Part shown: piece after piece, positions 47,685-57,367 of the stretch | Numbering within the stretch: the first letter of the stretch is position 1 | Layout: every line of letters begins with the position of its first letter | Assembly (NCBI GenBank): GCA_036676985.1 | Contig: JAKFBU010000039.1 | Coordinates: forward strand, 32,001-96,000 | From: Candidatus Sericytochromatia bacterium | Lineage (GTDB): Bacteria > Cyanobacteriota > Sericytochromatia > S15B-MN24 > UBA4093 | DNA length: 64,000 nt | Direction of reading: 5' to 3' | Translations under genes and position numbers: made by a program | Notes under the pieces: generated by a model | Database searches by the model: none | The model's input: the letters and a program-made list of their open reading frames with translations, nothing else | Told to the model about the DNA's origin: nothing

Positions 47685-48986
47685 GTGGCACAAATGGCAG
47701 GACTGGTCGATTCTCGCAACTTCAGCTCGGCAGTGCAGCGGATGGCGGGCGCTCAGCGCTCCCCCGTGGAGGCGGGCGGCGGCCTTTCCAAGCCCAACGT
47801 CATCTCCATGCCCTCGCCGAACCAGAACGATCGGCCCGGTGGGATCGATATCGACACCATCGTCCTCCACCACACCGCCGGCGGCGGTCGGGCCGAGGAC
47901 ACCGGTCGCTTCTTCCAGAACGCCTCGGCGCAGGTGAGCTCGCACTACATCGTGGGCAAGGACGGCACCATCGTGCAGTCGGTCCCCGACAACAAGCGCT
48001 CCTGGCACGCCGGCACCAGCAGCTTCAAGGGCAAGGACGACGTCAACGACTTCTCGCTGGGCATCGAGATCGTCAACCTGGGCAACGGTAAGGATCCCTA
48101 CACCGATGCCCAGTACGATGCGCTCATCAAGCTCGTGGCCTGGATGTGCCAGACCTACAAGGTCCCCATGGACCGGATCACCGGGCACAGGGACGTGGCC
48201 CTCCCGCGCGGCCGCAAGGTCGATCCGTCCGATAACTTCGACTGGAACCGGGTTCGCAACGGCGTCGACAAGCTGCTCAAGGGTCAGCAGGCTCCGGCTC
48301 CCAAGCCCGAACCCAAGCCGGAACCCAAGCCCGAACCGAAGCCGGAGCCCAAGCCGGAGCCCAAGCCTCAGCCCGCTCAGGATACCGTTCAGATCAGCCC
48401 CGACGCCCGCGCCCAGGCGCCGGCGCCCGTCACGTCGCGCGACATCCAGCCCGTGGTGGCGAACGACATCCAGCCGTTCACCCCGCCCGCCGCACCGCCT
48501 GCGACCGCCTACGGGCCGCCCCTCTCGACCGCTCCCTACACCGCGGCGGTTCCTGTTTACCCGCAGGCTCCGCTCGCCTACGGCACGCCGACGCCCATGG
48601 GCACCATCGGCACGACCCCCGGCACTCCCTTGCCGATGGTCCAGCCCGCGGCCTTTGCCTACCAGCAGCCTGCTGCCTACGGGTACCAGCAGCCTGCGGC
48701 CTACGCGTATCAGCAGCAGGTCGCCTACCAGCAGCCCGCGACCCACGCGTACCAGCAGCCGGTCGCTTACCAGCAGCCCGCGACCTACGCGTATCAGCAG
48801 CCCGGCTACGGCTACGCGACGTACCAGGCCCCCGTGGCCTATCAGCAGCCCGTTTCGTACGCGGCCTATCAGCAGCCGGTCGCTTACCAGCAGCCCGTCA
48901 CGTACGCGTCCTACCAGCAGCCCGTCGCGTACCAGCAGCCCGGCTACGGCTACGTCCAGCCCGCCTACGGCTACGCCCAGGCCTGA
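47685..48986 (+). CDS. N-acetylmuramoyl-L-alanine amidase (Amidase_2) with PKPE linker and YQQP repeat tail
   Basis: IVLHHT, SSHYIV, SWHAG, SLGIEI, GHRDVA, RKVDP. Confidence 0.88.
   Translation: MAQMAGLVDSRNFSSAVQRMAGAQRSPVEAGGGLSKPNVISMPSPNQNDRPGGIDIDTIVLHHTAGGGRAEDTGRFFQNASAQVSSHYIVGKDGTIVQSVPDNKRSWHAGTSSFKGKDDVNDFSLGIEIVNLGNGKDPYTDAQYDALIKLVAWMCQTYKVPMDRITGHRDVALPRGRKVDPSDNFDWNRVRNGVDKLLKGQQAPAPKPEPKPEPKPEPKPEPKPEPKPQPAQDTVQISPDARAQAPAPVTSRDIQPVVANDIQPFTPPAAPPATAYGPPLSTAPYTAAVPVYPQAPLAYGTPTPMGTIGTTPGTPLPMVQPAAFAYQQPAAYGYQQPAAYAYQQQVAYQQPATHAYQQPVAYQQPATYAYQQPGYGYATYQAPVAYQQPVSYAAYQQPVAYQQPVTYASYQQPVAYQQPGYGYVQPAYGYAQA
48300..48372 (+). repeat. Coding tandem repeat (PKPE)n
   Basis: About six 12-bp units cccaagcc.ga. 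Confidence 0.85.
48657..48983 (+). repeat. Coding tandem repeat of AYQQP-type units
   Basis: Repeated (gcc)ta(c/t)cagcagcc. Confidence 0.85.
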
Positions 48987-49002
48987 TCCCTCCTCCCCCA
49001 CG

Positions 49003-49036
49003 CCTCGCCCTCACCGCTGCCGCGGTGGGGGCGAGG
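49003..49036 (+). terminator. Terminator-like hairpin
   Basis: cctcgccctcaccgc-tgcc-gcggtgggggcgagg after the amidase stop. Confidence 0.5.
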
Positions 49037-49152
49037 TGCTCCAAGGAGGTTTCAACGAAAGTTAAATCAAGCGCAACCTCGCAATAAGAAAGATCCCCCG
49101 GATCTCCCGGATAAGCAGTACAAGAGTTGTTAAGTGAGGGGGAGGTCCACCC

Positions 49153-49926
49153 ATGACGTTCGCGAAGAAATCTCTGCTCACCCTGCTGGCGGCCGTCGTC
49201 AGCGCGAGCCTCATCGCGGGCTGCGGCGAGGCCCCCGGCACCGTCGTCGACGACGGCAAGAACATGAAGGACCTGCGCCTGAACCAGAACAACCAGCAGG
49301 TGTCGCAGCAGAACCAGCAGGCGCTGATCCAGCAGATCATGCAGGGCGTGACGGCCACCCGCGCTCGGGTCAACAACATCCGCTGCGACCTGACGGGCTA
49401 CTTCGTCAACGAGAAGACCGGCCAGCAGGGTTCCAACCAGGCGAAGTTCGCCTTCGAGAAGCCCAACAAGACCTCCATCTACATGGTCCAGAGCAGCGAC
49501 CCCAAGACGGTCGGCACCAAGCTCGTCTGGACGGGCGGCAAGGACCTGGCCGTCAAGACGAAGTTCATCGGCTTCTGGGTCAAGACCAACATCGATGTCC
49601 ACGATCCCCGTGCCACCGACCAGCGCGGCTTCTTCCTCGACGAGACGGGGATCAACCCCCTGATGGACACCCTCCTGGATCCGCGCAACCAGGTGACGGT
49701 GATGGGCACGGGCCAGTTGAACGGCGTCCCCGTCGCCCAGCTGAGCATCGTCTCGCCGCGCAGCCTCCGGGGCATCGCCCGCGAGGTCTACGTCATCGAC
49801 GGCCAGAAGATGGTGCCCATCGTCCGGGAGATGTACGATAAGAGCGACAAGCTCGTCGTCCGCCTGAGAATGGACAACATGGTCCTCAACTCGACCATGC
49901 CGAGCAGCACCTTCCAGCTGGAGTAA
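49153..49926 (+). CDS. Lipoprotein, possibly LolA/LppX-like fold
   Basis: IAGC lipobox; FEKPNK, YVIDGQKMVPI, C-terminal STFQL pattern. Confidence 0.6.
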   Translation: MTFAKKSLLTLLAAVVSASLIAGCGEAPGTVVDDGKNMKDLRLNQNNQQVSQQNQQALIQQIMQGVTATRARVNNIRCDLTGYFVNEKTGQQGSNQAKFAFEKPNKTSIYMVQSSDPKTVGTKLVWTGGKDLAVKTKFIGFWVKTNIDVHDPRATDQRGFFLDETGINPLMDTLLDPRNQVTVMGTGQLNGVPVAQLSIVSPRSLRGIAREVYVIDGQKMVPIVREMYDKSDKLVVRLRMDNMVLNSTMPSSTFQLE

Positions 49927-49927
49927 C

Positions 49928-50518
49928 ATGACCGAGCTGAACGCCACCAACTGGGACGACCGCTATCGCGAGCGCAACACGCCGTGGGACCTTGGTGGTC
50001 CCACGCCTGTTTTTTTGCGCCTCATCCGCGCGGGGACCATCCCAAAAGGACGCCTCCTGGTGCCCGGAGCGGGACGGGGGTACGACGCGATCGCCTTCGC
50101 CCAGGCGGGTTACGAGGTGACGGCGCTCGATTTCTCCCCTTTGGCGTCGGAGGCGCTGCGAGCGTCGGCGGAGGCCGCGGGCGTGGCCCTGGACGTGCGC
50201 GTGGGGGACTTCTTCGAGGCCGAGGGTGAGTACGACGCGGCCATGGAGTACACCTTCTACTGCGCGATTGCGCCGGAGCTGCGCACGGCGTACCGGGACC
50301 GGATGGCCCGGCTGATCCGGCCGGGCGGGCTCTTGTTCGGGCTGTTCTTTCCGCTGCGGGAAAAGGACCCAGAGGGGCCGCCGTTTAAGGTGAGCATCGA
50401 GGAGATCAAGCGCTCGTTCGGGGAGTGCTTCGAGCTGGTGTGCGAGGAGATGCCGGAGGACTCGATCAAGCCCCGGAAGGGGAACGAGGTCCTGATGATC
50501 TGGCGGAGGAAGGGGTAG
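49928..50518 (+). CDS. TPMT/thiol-halide-type SAM methyltransferase
   Basis: WDDRY...PWDLG, LVPGAGRGYD, YTFYCAI, GPPF. Confidence 0.9.
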   Translation: MTELNATNWDDRYRERNTPWDLGGPTPVFLRLIRAGTIPKGRLLVPGAGRGYDAIAFAQAGYEVTALDFSPLASEALRASAEAAGVALDVRVGDFFEAEGEYDAAMEYTFYCAIAPELRTAYRDRMARLIRPGGLLFGLFFPLREKDPEGPPFKVSIEEIKRSFGECFELVCEEMPEDSIKPRKGNEVLMIWRRKG

Positions 50519-50528
50519 CCTTTTTTCT

Positions 50529-50683
50529 AAGGAGACCCCCCCCAGCCCCCCCTCTAGAGGGGGGGTGTAAGGATCATGGGTGGGTGGAAAGCCAGGTGGC
50601 TCCTTTAGATCAGGGATGAGATACCCCCTCTCAAGAGCTTCCCCCCCTCTAGAGGGGGGGCTAGGGGGGGTCCTCCTTGTTCC
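50529..50683. repeat. Palindromic intergenic element, copy B of the CCCCCCTCTAGAGGGGGG family
   Basis: Same arms and similar core (tgtaaggatcatgg..tgggt.gaaagc...ggtggctcct) as 20355-20503. Confidence 0.85.
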
Positions 50684-50684
50684 A

Positions 50685-51863
50685 CTACCCCAGCGCCGGC
50701 AACTCCTGCAGAAACCGCCGCCCCGTCGACGCCCACGTGAAGTGCGCCTCGATCCACGCCCGGGCGTTCGCTCCCAGCGCCGAGCGCAAGGGCGGCGCCT
50801 CGAAACACCGAACCAGCGCCCCCAGAATCTCTTTCGGCTCGTCGGCCACCAGGTACTCCCGACCGTCCCGGCCCCCGATGGCCTGGGTCGCGATCGTCGA
50901 GGCCACCACCGGCTTGCGCAACGCCATCCCCTCGAGCACCTTGTTCTGCAGCCCCGCCCCGAAGCGGATCGGCGCCACCACCACCTTCGCCTTCTCCAGG
51001 TACTGGTAGGGATCCTCCACGAAGCCCGTCACCACGATCCCCGGCCGCTCCGCGAGCGCCTGGATCTCCCGCGAGGGCTCCGTGCCCACGATGTAGAACT
51101 TGCACCCCGGCACCCGCTCGCGCAGCTTCGGCAAGATGCGATCCGCGATAAAGAGCGCCGCGTCCGTGTTGGGGTGGTAGTTCATCTTGCCGAGAAAGGC
51201 GATCGCGTCCTCTTCGGGCCCCTCGTATGCCGGGCGTGCGATCACGTGCTCCTGGACGCCCACGGGCGTCGTCACCAGCCGCGCGGGATCCGCCCCATGG
51301 TCGAGCAGGTAACGCCGATCGACGTCCGAGACCACGAAGCTCCGCGCATAGCGATTGACCGTCTCGACCTCGTAGCGCAGGAGACGCTCGCGCTCCACGC
51401 CGTAGACGAGCTTCCGAAGGCCCCCGGCCTGCTCCAGGGCCCGCTCGTAGTTGAGCGAGATGGCGTCCACCAGGTCGATCGCCACCGGGACGTCCAGGTC
51501 CCGCAACAGCTCGGCCACCCGCACGTGGCAGCCCACGATGGCCTGGTACTCGTGCTGGTGCGCCACGATCCACGACCGGATCTCGGGGAAGGTGAAGAGG
51601 TGCACCTGCATGGGCGCGGTCGATACCACGCCCCGCAGCCCGTTCAAGGCATAGCGCGCGGTCGAGAACCGGAAGGGTACGAGCCGATCGAAGATCTCCG
51701 CGAGCCCCGCCGTATCCCCCGGCTCGCCCCGATCCTGGTAGAGCAGGTCCACCGTGAAATGCTGGGCGAGGTAGCGGGCGGTGTTGATGAATCGGATGCC
51801 GAACCCCGCCGTCGGCGGGTTGGTGAGCTTGCGGGACGCAACCATGAGGATCCGAGGCTTCAT
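50685..51863 (-). CDS. GT4 glycosyltransferase
   Basis: FLGKMNYHPN, GAGLQNKVLEGMA. Confidence 0.9.
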   Translation of the reverse strand: MKPRILMVASRKLTNPPTAGFGIRFINTARYLAQHFTVDLLYQDRGEPGDTAGLAEIFDRLVPFRFSTARYALNGLRGVVSTAPMQVHLFTFPEIRSWIVAHQHEYQAIVGCHVRVAELLRDLDVPVAIDLVDAISLNYERALEQAGGLRKLVYGVERERLLRYEVETVNRYARSFVVSDVDRRYLLDHGADPARLVTTPVGVQEHVIARPAYEGPEEDAIAFLGKMNYHPNTDAALFIADRILPKLRERVPGCKFYIVGTEPSREIQALAERPGIVVTGFVEDPYQYLEKAKVVVAPIRFGAGLQNKVLEGMALRKPVVASTIATQAIGGRDGREYLVADEPKEILGALVRCFEAPPLRSALGANARAWIEAHFTWASTGRRFLQELPALG

Positions 51864-51889
51864 GGGCAACCTCCTCGGGCGACAGGCCC

Positions 51890-53020
51890 TCAAGAAAGGG
51901 TGGCGCGCTGCAGCATGCCGGCCGGGCACGTGTCGAGCTGGTCCAGGTAGAGCGCCTCGAAGCGGCTCACCATCTGATCCAGCGTGAAGTGGGCGGAGAC
52001 GTGGATGCGGCCCGCCTGGCCCATGCGCCGGGCCATGACCGGATCCGCGACCAGCTTGTGCAGGGCCTCGCAGAGACGCGCCGGCGAGCGGAGCTCGACC
52101 AGCAGGCCCGTGATGTTGTCCAGCACGATCTCGGGCATGCCTCCCACCGGGGTGGCCACCACGGGCAAGCCCGCCGCCATGGCCTCGGCCACCGACAGCG
52201 GCAAGCCCTCGTCCCAGGACGGCAGGGTGAAGACATCCGCCGCGGCCAACAGGCGATTCACGTCGTTCCGGAAGCCGAGGAAGGAGACGGCCTCCTCGAT
52301 GCCGAGACGGCGGGCCTGCGCCTTGCATTCGGGCAGCGCCTCACCGTCGCCCGCCAGCACCAGTCGGACTTCCGGGCAGCGCCAGCGCACCTGCGCCACG
52401 GCGGTGAGCAGCTCGTTCAGGCCCTTGTCCCGCGTACAGCGCCCCACGTAGATGATGACGGGCGCGTCGGCGGGCAGACCGAGCTCTGCGCGGACCTCGG
52501 CCCGCAGCCCAGCGTCCGGAGGCGACGAGCGGAAGGGAATGCCGTTGTGGATGGTCATGGCCTTGTGGCGGTTCAGGCCATGGCGCACCAGATCCTTCGT
52601 CAGGGCCTCGCTGCAGCCGACGACCCGATCCGAGCCGACGGAGAACATGCGGGCCACGTAGGGCTTCACCCGCTCGTCCCACGACCCATGGGCCGAGGTC
52701 ACCACGGGGACGGCCCGGCTCCAGCAGGCGAGGCTGGCGGCGAGGGCCGTGGTCGGCGAGTTGGCATGTACTACCTGGATCTCGTGGCGCTGGACGAGGT
52801 TCGCGATCTGGCGCGACAGGCCCCAGATGGCCCGGGGCGTCTTGGCCCGGGCAGGACCCGTGACGTGGGTGACGCGGTCGTCGAGCAAGCGGACCAGGTC
52901 GCCGCCCGCCGTCAGGACGACCACCCGATGCCGCCGATGAGCGAGCTCGTTCGAGAGGCGGACGACGAAGTGCTCGGCCCCTCCCATGCTCAGCTGGTTC
53001 GTGATGGCGAGGATGTTCAT
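51890..53020 (-). CDS. GT4 glycosyltransferase
   Basis: GGAEH, VGR..RDKG, EGLPLSVAEAMAAG. Confidence 0.92.
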   Translation of the reverse strand: MNILAITNQLSMGGAEHFVVRLSNELAHRRHRVVVLTAGGDLVRLLDDRVTHVTGPARAKTPRAIWGLSRQIANLVQRHEIQVVHANSPTTALAASLACWSRAVPVVTSAHGSWDERVKPYVARMFSVGSDRVVGCSEALTKDLVRHGLNRHKAMTIHNGIPFRSSPPDAGLRAEVRAELGLPADAPVIIYVGRCTRDKGLNELLTAVAQVRWRCPEVRLVLAGDGEALPECKAQARRLGIEEAVSFLGFRNDVNRLLAAADVFTLPSWDEGLPLSVAEAMAAGLPVVATPVGGMPEIVLDNITGLLVELRSPARLCEALHKLVADPVMARRMGQAGRIHVSAHFTLDQMVSRFEALYLDQLDTCPAGMLQRATLS

Positions 53021-54189
53021 GCGGGGCTCACCTCCAAGGTCGCTGGGAGGGTCAGAGCGGCGAACAGTCGCTCGTAGGCGCCGATGGTCCGATCGAAGGT
53101 GAAGTCCCGGGCCCGGATCGCCCCGCCATGGCGCAGGCGCTCGGCAAGGGCCGGATCGCCGATCACGCGGCAGATGCCTTCGGCCAGCGCCTTGACGTCC
53201 TCGGGCGGCACGAGCAGGCCGTCCACCTCATGGGTGATGATCTCGCGCGGGCCCTGCGGGCAGTCGAACGACACCACGGGACAGCGCACGGCCATGGCCT
53301 CGACGACGACGGTCGGAAAGGTCTCGACCAGCGACGGCATGACGAAGACGTCCGCCCGTCGAAGCCAGGCGTAGGGGTTGGAGTGAAAGCCGAGGAAGTG
53401 CACGTGCTCGTCGAGACCGAGCTCGGTGGTGAGGCGCCGGAGGTTCTCCGCCTCGGGCCCATCCCCCAGGAAGGCCAACCGGACGGGCATGCGCTCGAGC
53501 ACGTGGGGCAGTGCCTGCAACAGGAGCGCGTACCCCTTGTCGAGCGTGAAGCGACCCACCGCCAGCACGACCGGGCGGCCGTCGTCTTGCCAGGGCGGCG
53601 CAACGGGCTGTGCGGCGCGCTCGGCCACGTCGTCGGGCAAGATGGGGTTGTAGAGCACCTGCACCCGGCGGCGCGAAATCCCGTAGAAGCGCTCGAGATC
53701 CGCCGCCACTCCCAGCGAGACCGCCACCGACGCGTCGGCGAAGCGATAGAGATAGGGCAGTACGCGGCGGACCAGATGGTCGACGGGGCGCCTGCTGAGG
53801 CGGCTGTCGTACCACTCGTGATAGACCAGCGTGTGCTCGGCCAGGACGAGCCGGGCGACGCGGCCGCTCAACGCGTGGGCGATCGCGGCCAGGGCATTGA
53901 GGTAGGAGCGCTGGGAGATGAGCGCGGCGGGTCGCTCGGCCCGCAGGAAGTCCGCAAGCCGGCGTACGCCCTGGGCGAAGTTCGTGATCCCCAGAACGTG
54001 CACCGGCACGTCGGCAGGGAGCTCGGCCAAGAGGGCGCCCTCACGGCGGTTGAGGACCAGCACCGGGGACCACCCGGCCGAGCGCAAGCCCTTGAGGACG
54101 TTCACGACGATCCGCTCGACGCCGCCGATCTCGAGGTGATCGAGGTAAAAGGCGATGCGACGGGGATCCGGAGGAGCGAGGTGGGGCAT
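53017..54189 (-). CDS. GT4 glycosyltransferase
   Basis: GGVER, VGRF..DKG, ETFPTVVVEAMA. Confidence 0.92.
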   Translation of the reverse strand: MPHLAPPDPRRIAFYLDHLEIGGVERIVVNVLKGLRSAGWSPVLVLNRREGALLAELPADVPVHVLGITNFAQGVRRLADFLRAERPAALISQRSYLNALAAIAHALSGRVARLVLAEHTLVYHEWYDSRLSRRPVDHLVRRVLPYLYRFADASVAVSLGVAADLERFYGISRRRVQVLYNPILPDDVAERAAQPVAPPWQDDGRPVVLAVGRFTLDKGYALLLQALPHVLERMPVRLAFLGDGPEAENLRRLTTELGLDEHVHFLGFHSNPYAWLRRADVFVMPSLVETFPTVVVEAMAVRCPVVSFDCPQGPREIITHEVDGLLVPPEDVKALAEGICRVIGDPALAERLRHGGAIRARDFTFDRTIGAYERLFAALTLPATLEVSPA

Positions 54190-54438
54190 GGGGGGGTACC
54201 TCTGACGGAGCAAGGGGGCAGGTAGGTCGTACTTTACAGCCGGGCAAGCGAGCTTCCCTTGGCACTTTGGCCGAGGCACTCCGTCGGGTCTGCCGAGGGT
54301 TGCGCAACACTCCCGTGACGAAGCGCCGCCTTCGATGCAATACGGCCGTGATACGCTCCACACCATCATTCCAGCGGATCACCCACCCCATGACCGCGCC
54401 GTACCGGCCTTCGCCGGCCTAGAAACGATAGGTCCCCC

Positions 54439-55932
54439 ATGCCCCTGATAGACTGGAAGCGATTGGTTTTCCGGCAGCCCGCAGGAGGCGCCATGTCGCT
54501 CTCGATCGCCCTCGGCCTGGCCGTCGCCGGCTGCGGCTCGGCCCCCATGGCCCTGACTCCCGACGTGTCGGGCGATGCCTCCCTGGGCGCCCAGCCCTGG
54601 CTCGAAGTCCAGCGCCGGCGCCCGACCCCCAAGCCGGCGCCCACGGCCACCCCGGCCCCGACGGCGACCCCGGCGCCCACGCCGAGCCCCACTCCCACGT
54701 CCACGCCCATCCCGACCAGCGGCAGCGTTCTTTACGTCTCGCCCCAGGGCCAGGACGGCAATGCGGGAACGGCCACGAGCCCGCTGCGCACCATCTCGGC
54801 AGCCGCGAGCAAGGCCAAGCCGGGCATGACCATCCTCATCGCAGGCGGCACCTACCGCGAGCAGGTCATCACCAAGGTGGCGGGAGCCGCGGGCCAGGAG
54901 ATCACCTTTAGGAGCTACAACGGCACGGCCGTGATCGACGGCTCGGATCTCGCCTGGACGACCGGTGGTAACCAGAACCAGGGCCTGTTCGAGCTGCGCC
55001 ACTCCTTCGTGCGGCTCGACGGCCTCAAGATCGTCAACTCCAAGAACACGGGCGTGGTGCTCGCGGCCGATAACCTGACGATCCAGGGCTGCGAGATCGC
55101 CAACATCCAGCGCCACGCCATCAGCACCAACACCTCGCGCCAGGTGGCGGCCGGCAGCACGATGATCCGGAACATCACCCTGGACGGCAACGACGTGCAC
55201 AACGCGACCATGGGCGGATCGGGCTCCGGACAGGCCATCAGCCTCATCGCCGACGGCTTCGTCATCCGCGGCAACCGCGTCCACGGCAACGGGGACATCG
55301 GCATCGACGTGTGGCTTGGCTCCAAGCACGGCGAGGTGGTCTCCAACACCGTCTACTCGAACCCCAACTCGTCGGGGATCTACGTGGACGGGGCCTCGGA
55401 CGTCCGGATCCACCGCAACACCGTCTACGCCAACAAGAACGGCATCGGCGTCTCCTCCGAGGACACGCGCTACTCGACGGCGCGCATCTGGGTCTACAAC
55501 AACCTCGTCTACGACCATCCCACCAGCTCCGGCTGCTTCATCTGGGATCCGGACACGGGGGCCAAGGACGTGGTGTTCGCCCACAACACGCTCATCAACA
55601 ACAAGAACGCGTTCTACCTGTCCGGGAGCGGCAACACGGCCGAGATCGCGAACAACCTCGGCTACTCCACGTCCGCGGGGCTCTACGACTCGTCGACGGG
55701 CTCGACCTACCGGAACCACAACAACCTGTGGATGACCTCCGTGACGGGCTTCGTCGCGCCCGACAGCAAGGACTACCGCCTCACCTCGACCTCGCCCGCC
55801 ATCGACAAGGGCTCGAGCCTCGCGCCCTTCCAGGACGACCGGGGGCAAACGTATGCCGTCGACACGGACTTCATCGGCACGCGTCGGCCCGCGGGCGCAG
55901 CCCCCGACCTGGGAGCGTACGAGCGGCTCTAG
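54439..55932 (+). CDS. Right-handed parallel beta-helix lipoprotein (DUF1565-like start) with PT linker; alternative start 54493
   Basis: VAGC lipobox, YVSPQGQDGNAGT..PLRTI, GGTYRE, Asn-rich repeats, SPAIDKG, PDLGAYE. Confidence 0.85.
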   Translation: MPLIDWKRLVFRQPAGGAMSLSIALGLAVAGCGSAPMALTPDVSGDASLGAQPWLEVQRRRPTPKPAPTATPAPTATPAPTPSPTPTSTPIPTSGSVLYVSPQGQDGNAGTATSPLRTISAAASKAKPGMTILIAGGTYREQVITKVAGAAGQEITFRSYNGTAVIDGSDLAWTTGGNQNQGLFELRHSFVRLDGLKIVNSKNTGVVLAADNLTIQGCEIANIQRHAISTNTSRQVAAGSTMIRNITLDGNDVHNATMGGSGSGQAISLIADGFVIRGNRVHGNGDIGIDVWLGSKHGEVVSNTVYSNPNSSGIYVDGASDVRIHRNTVYANKNGIGVSSEDTRYSTARIWVYNNLVYDHPTSSGCFIWDPDTGAKDVVFAHNTLINNKNAFYLSGSGNTAEIANNLGYSTSAGLYDSSTGSTYRNHNNLWMTSVTGFVAPDSKDYRLTSTSPAIDKGSSLAPFQDDRGQTYAVDTDFIGTRRPAGAAPDLGAYERL

Positions 55933-56029
55933 AAGGGAGTGGCAGAAGGACTTCGGCTAGGCTCGCCTAGCCGCTAGACCCGGGACCCGGTAGGCTGCAT
56001 GGTGCTCGCCCCTCTTGGGAGAAGCCGCC

Positions 56030-57367
56030 ATGCGTCCCCGGGTCCTGTCCGTTCTGATCGTCCTGTGCGCCATGCCGTTCATGGCCTTCTGCGCCTCTCT
56101 GCCGCCGACCGACCAGGCCCGGTCCCCGCTCGTCCTCGACGGCCTCGAAGCGGGCCCGAGCATCCTCTACGTCTCGGAAGCGGGGAGCGATAGCCATCCC
56201 GGCACCTCTCCCGGGCAGCCCCTGCGCACCCTCGCCGCGGCCGCGGAGCGTGCGGGTGCCGGGACGACCGTCCGCATCGCGGGCGGCACCTACCACGAGC
56301 AGCTCCGGACGGTGCGCGGCGGCGCCCCAGGGCACCCGATCACCTTCGAGAGCTACGGCGGCACGGCCATCCTGGACGGGAGCCGACTTCCCTGGCGGGC
56401 GAAGGAGGACCAGAACCAGGGCCTGGTCGAGCTGCGCCACTCCAACGTGCGGCTCGAAGGTCTCAAGATCGGCAACTCCAAGAACACGGGCGTGGTGCTC
56501 GCGGCCGATAACCTGACGATCCGGGGCTGCGAGATCGCCAACCTCCAGCGCCACGCCATCAGCACCGACACCTCGCGCCAGGTAGCGGCGGGCGGCACGC
56601 TGATCCGGAACATCACCCTGGAGGGCAACGACATCCACGACGCGACCCTGGCAGGCTCCGGCTACGGGCAGGCCATCAGCCTCATCGCGGAGGACTTCGT
56701 CATCCAAGGCAACCGGGTGTACGACAACCGGGACATCGGGATCGACGTGTGGCTCGGTGCGCGCCATGGCGAGGTGACGGGCAACGAGGTCCACGGCAAC
56801 GGCTCGACCGGGATCTACGTGGACGGGGCGGCCTACGTGCGGATCCACGGCAACGCCGTGCATGACAACCGGCATGGCATCATCCTCTCCTCCGAGGACA
56901 AGCGCTACCGGACCCACCACGTGTGGGTCTACAACAACGTGGTCCACGACCACCGCTCGGGCAACGGGTGCGGAACCTGGGACCCGGACACCGGGGTCCA
57001 GGACGCTGTCTTCGCCCACAACACGCTCGTCGACAACCAGCGCTCGTTCTACCTGTCGGGCGCCGACAACACCGTCGAGATCGCGAACAACCTGGGCTTC
57101 GCCCTGCAGGACGACCTGATCGACCGGACGTCGGTCTCGGCGATCAGCCGCCACTCCAACGTGTGGCTCCCGCACCTCGCGGGCTTCCGGTCGGTCTCGG
57201 GGCGCGACTTCCGGCTCACGCCGGGCTCGGCGGCCATCGATCGGGGCCAGCCGCTCGCCGCCTTCCGGGACGACCGAGGCCGGACCTTCGCGATCGCAAC
57301 GGACGTCGCCGGCACGCCCCGGCGCTCCCGGCAGGCTCCTGACGCGGGGGCGTACGAGCTGCCCTGA
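56030..57367 (+). CDS. Paralogous right-handed beta-helix protein
   Basis: Same motifs as the upstream gene; shared NSKNTGVVLAADNLTI block. Confidence 0.85.
   Translation: MRPRVLSVLIVLCAMPFMAFCASLPPTDQARSPLVLDGLEAGPSILYVSEAGSDSHPGTSPGQPLRTLAAAAERAGAGTTVRIAGGTYHEQLRTVRGGAPGHPITFESYGGTAILDGSRLPWRAKEDQNQGLVELRHSNVRLEGLKIGNSKNTGVVLAADNLTIRGCEIANLQRHAISTDTSRQVAAGGTLIRNITLEGNDIHDATLAGSGYGQAISLIAEDFVIQGNRVYDNRDIGIDVWLGARHGEVTGNEVHGNGSTGIYVDGAAYVRIHGNAVHDNRHGIILSSEDKRYRTHHVWVYNNVVHDHRSGNGCGTWDPDTGVQDAVFAHNTLVDNQRSFYLSGADNTVEIANNLGFALQDDLIDRTSVSAISRHSNVWLPHLAGFRSVSGRDFRLTPGSAAIDRGQPLAAFRDDRGRTFAIATDVAGTPRRSRQAPDAGAYELP

Noticed and set aside
48657-48983. Possible non-coding repeat array
   Set aside because: The repeats are in frame, vary at synonymous positions and lie within the amidase CDS.
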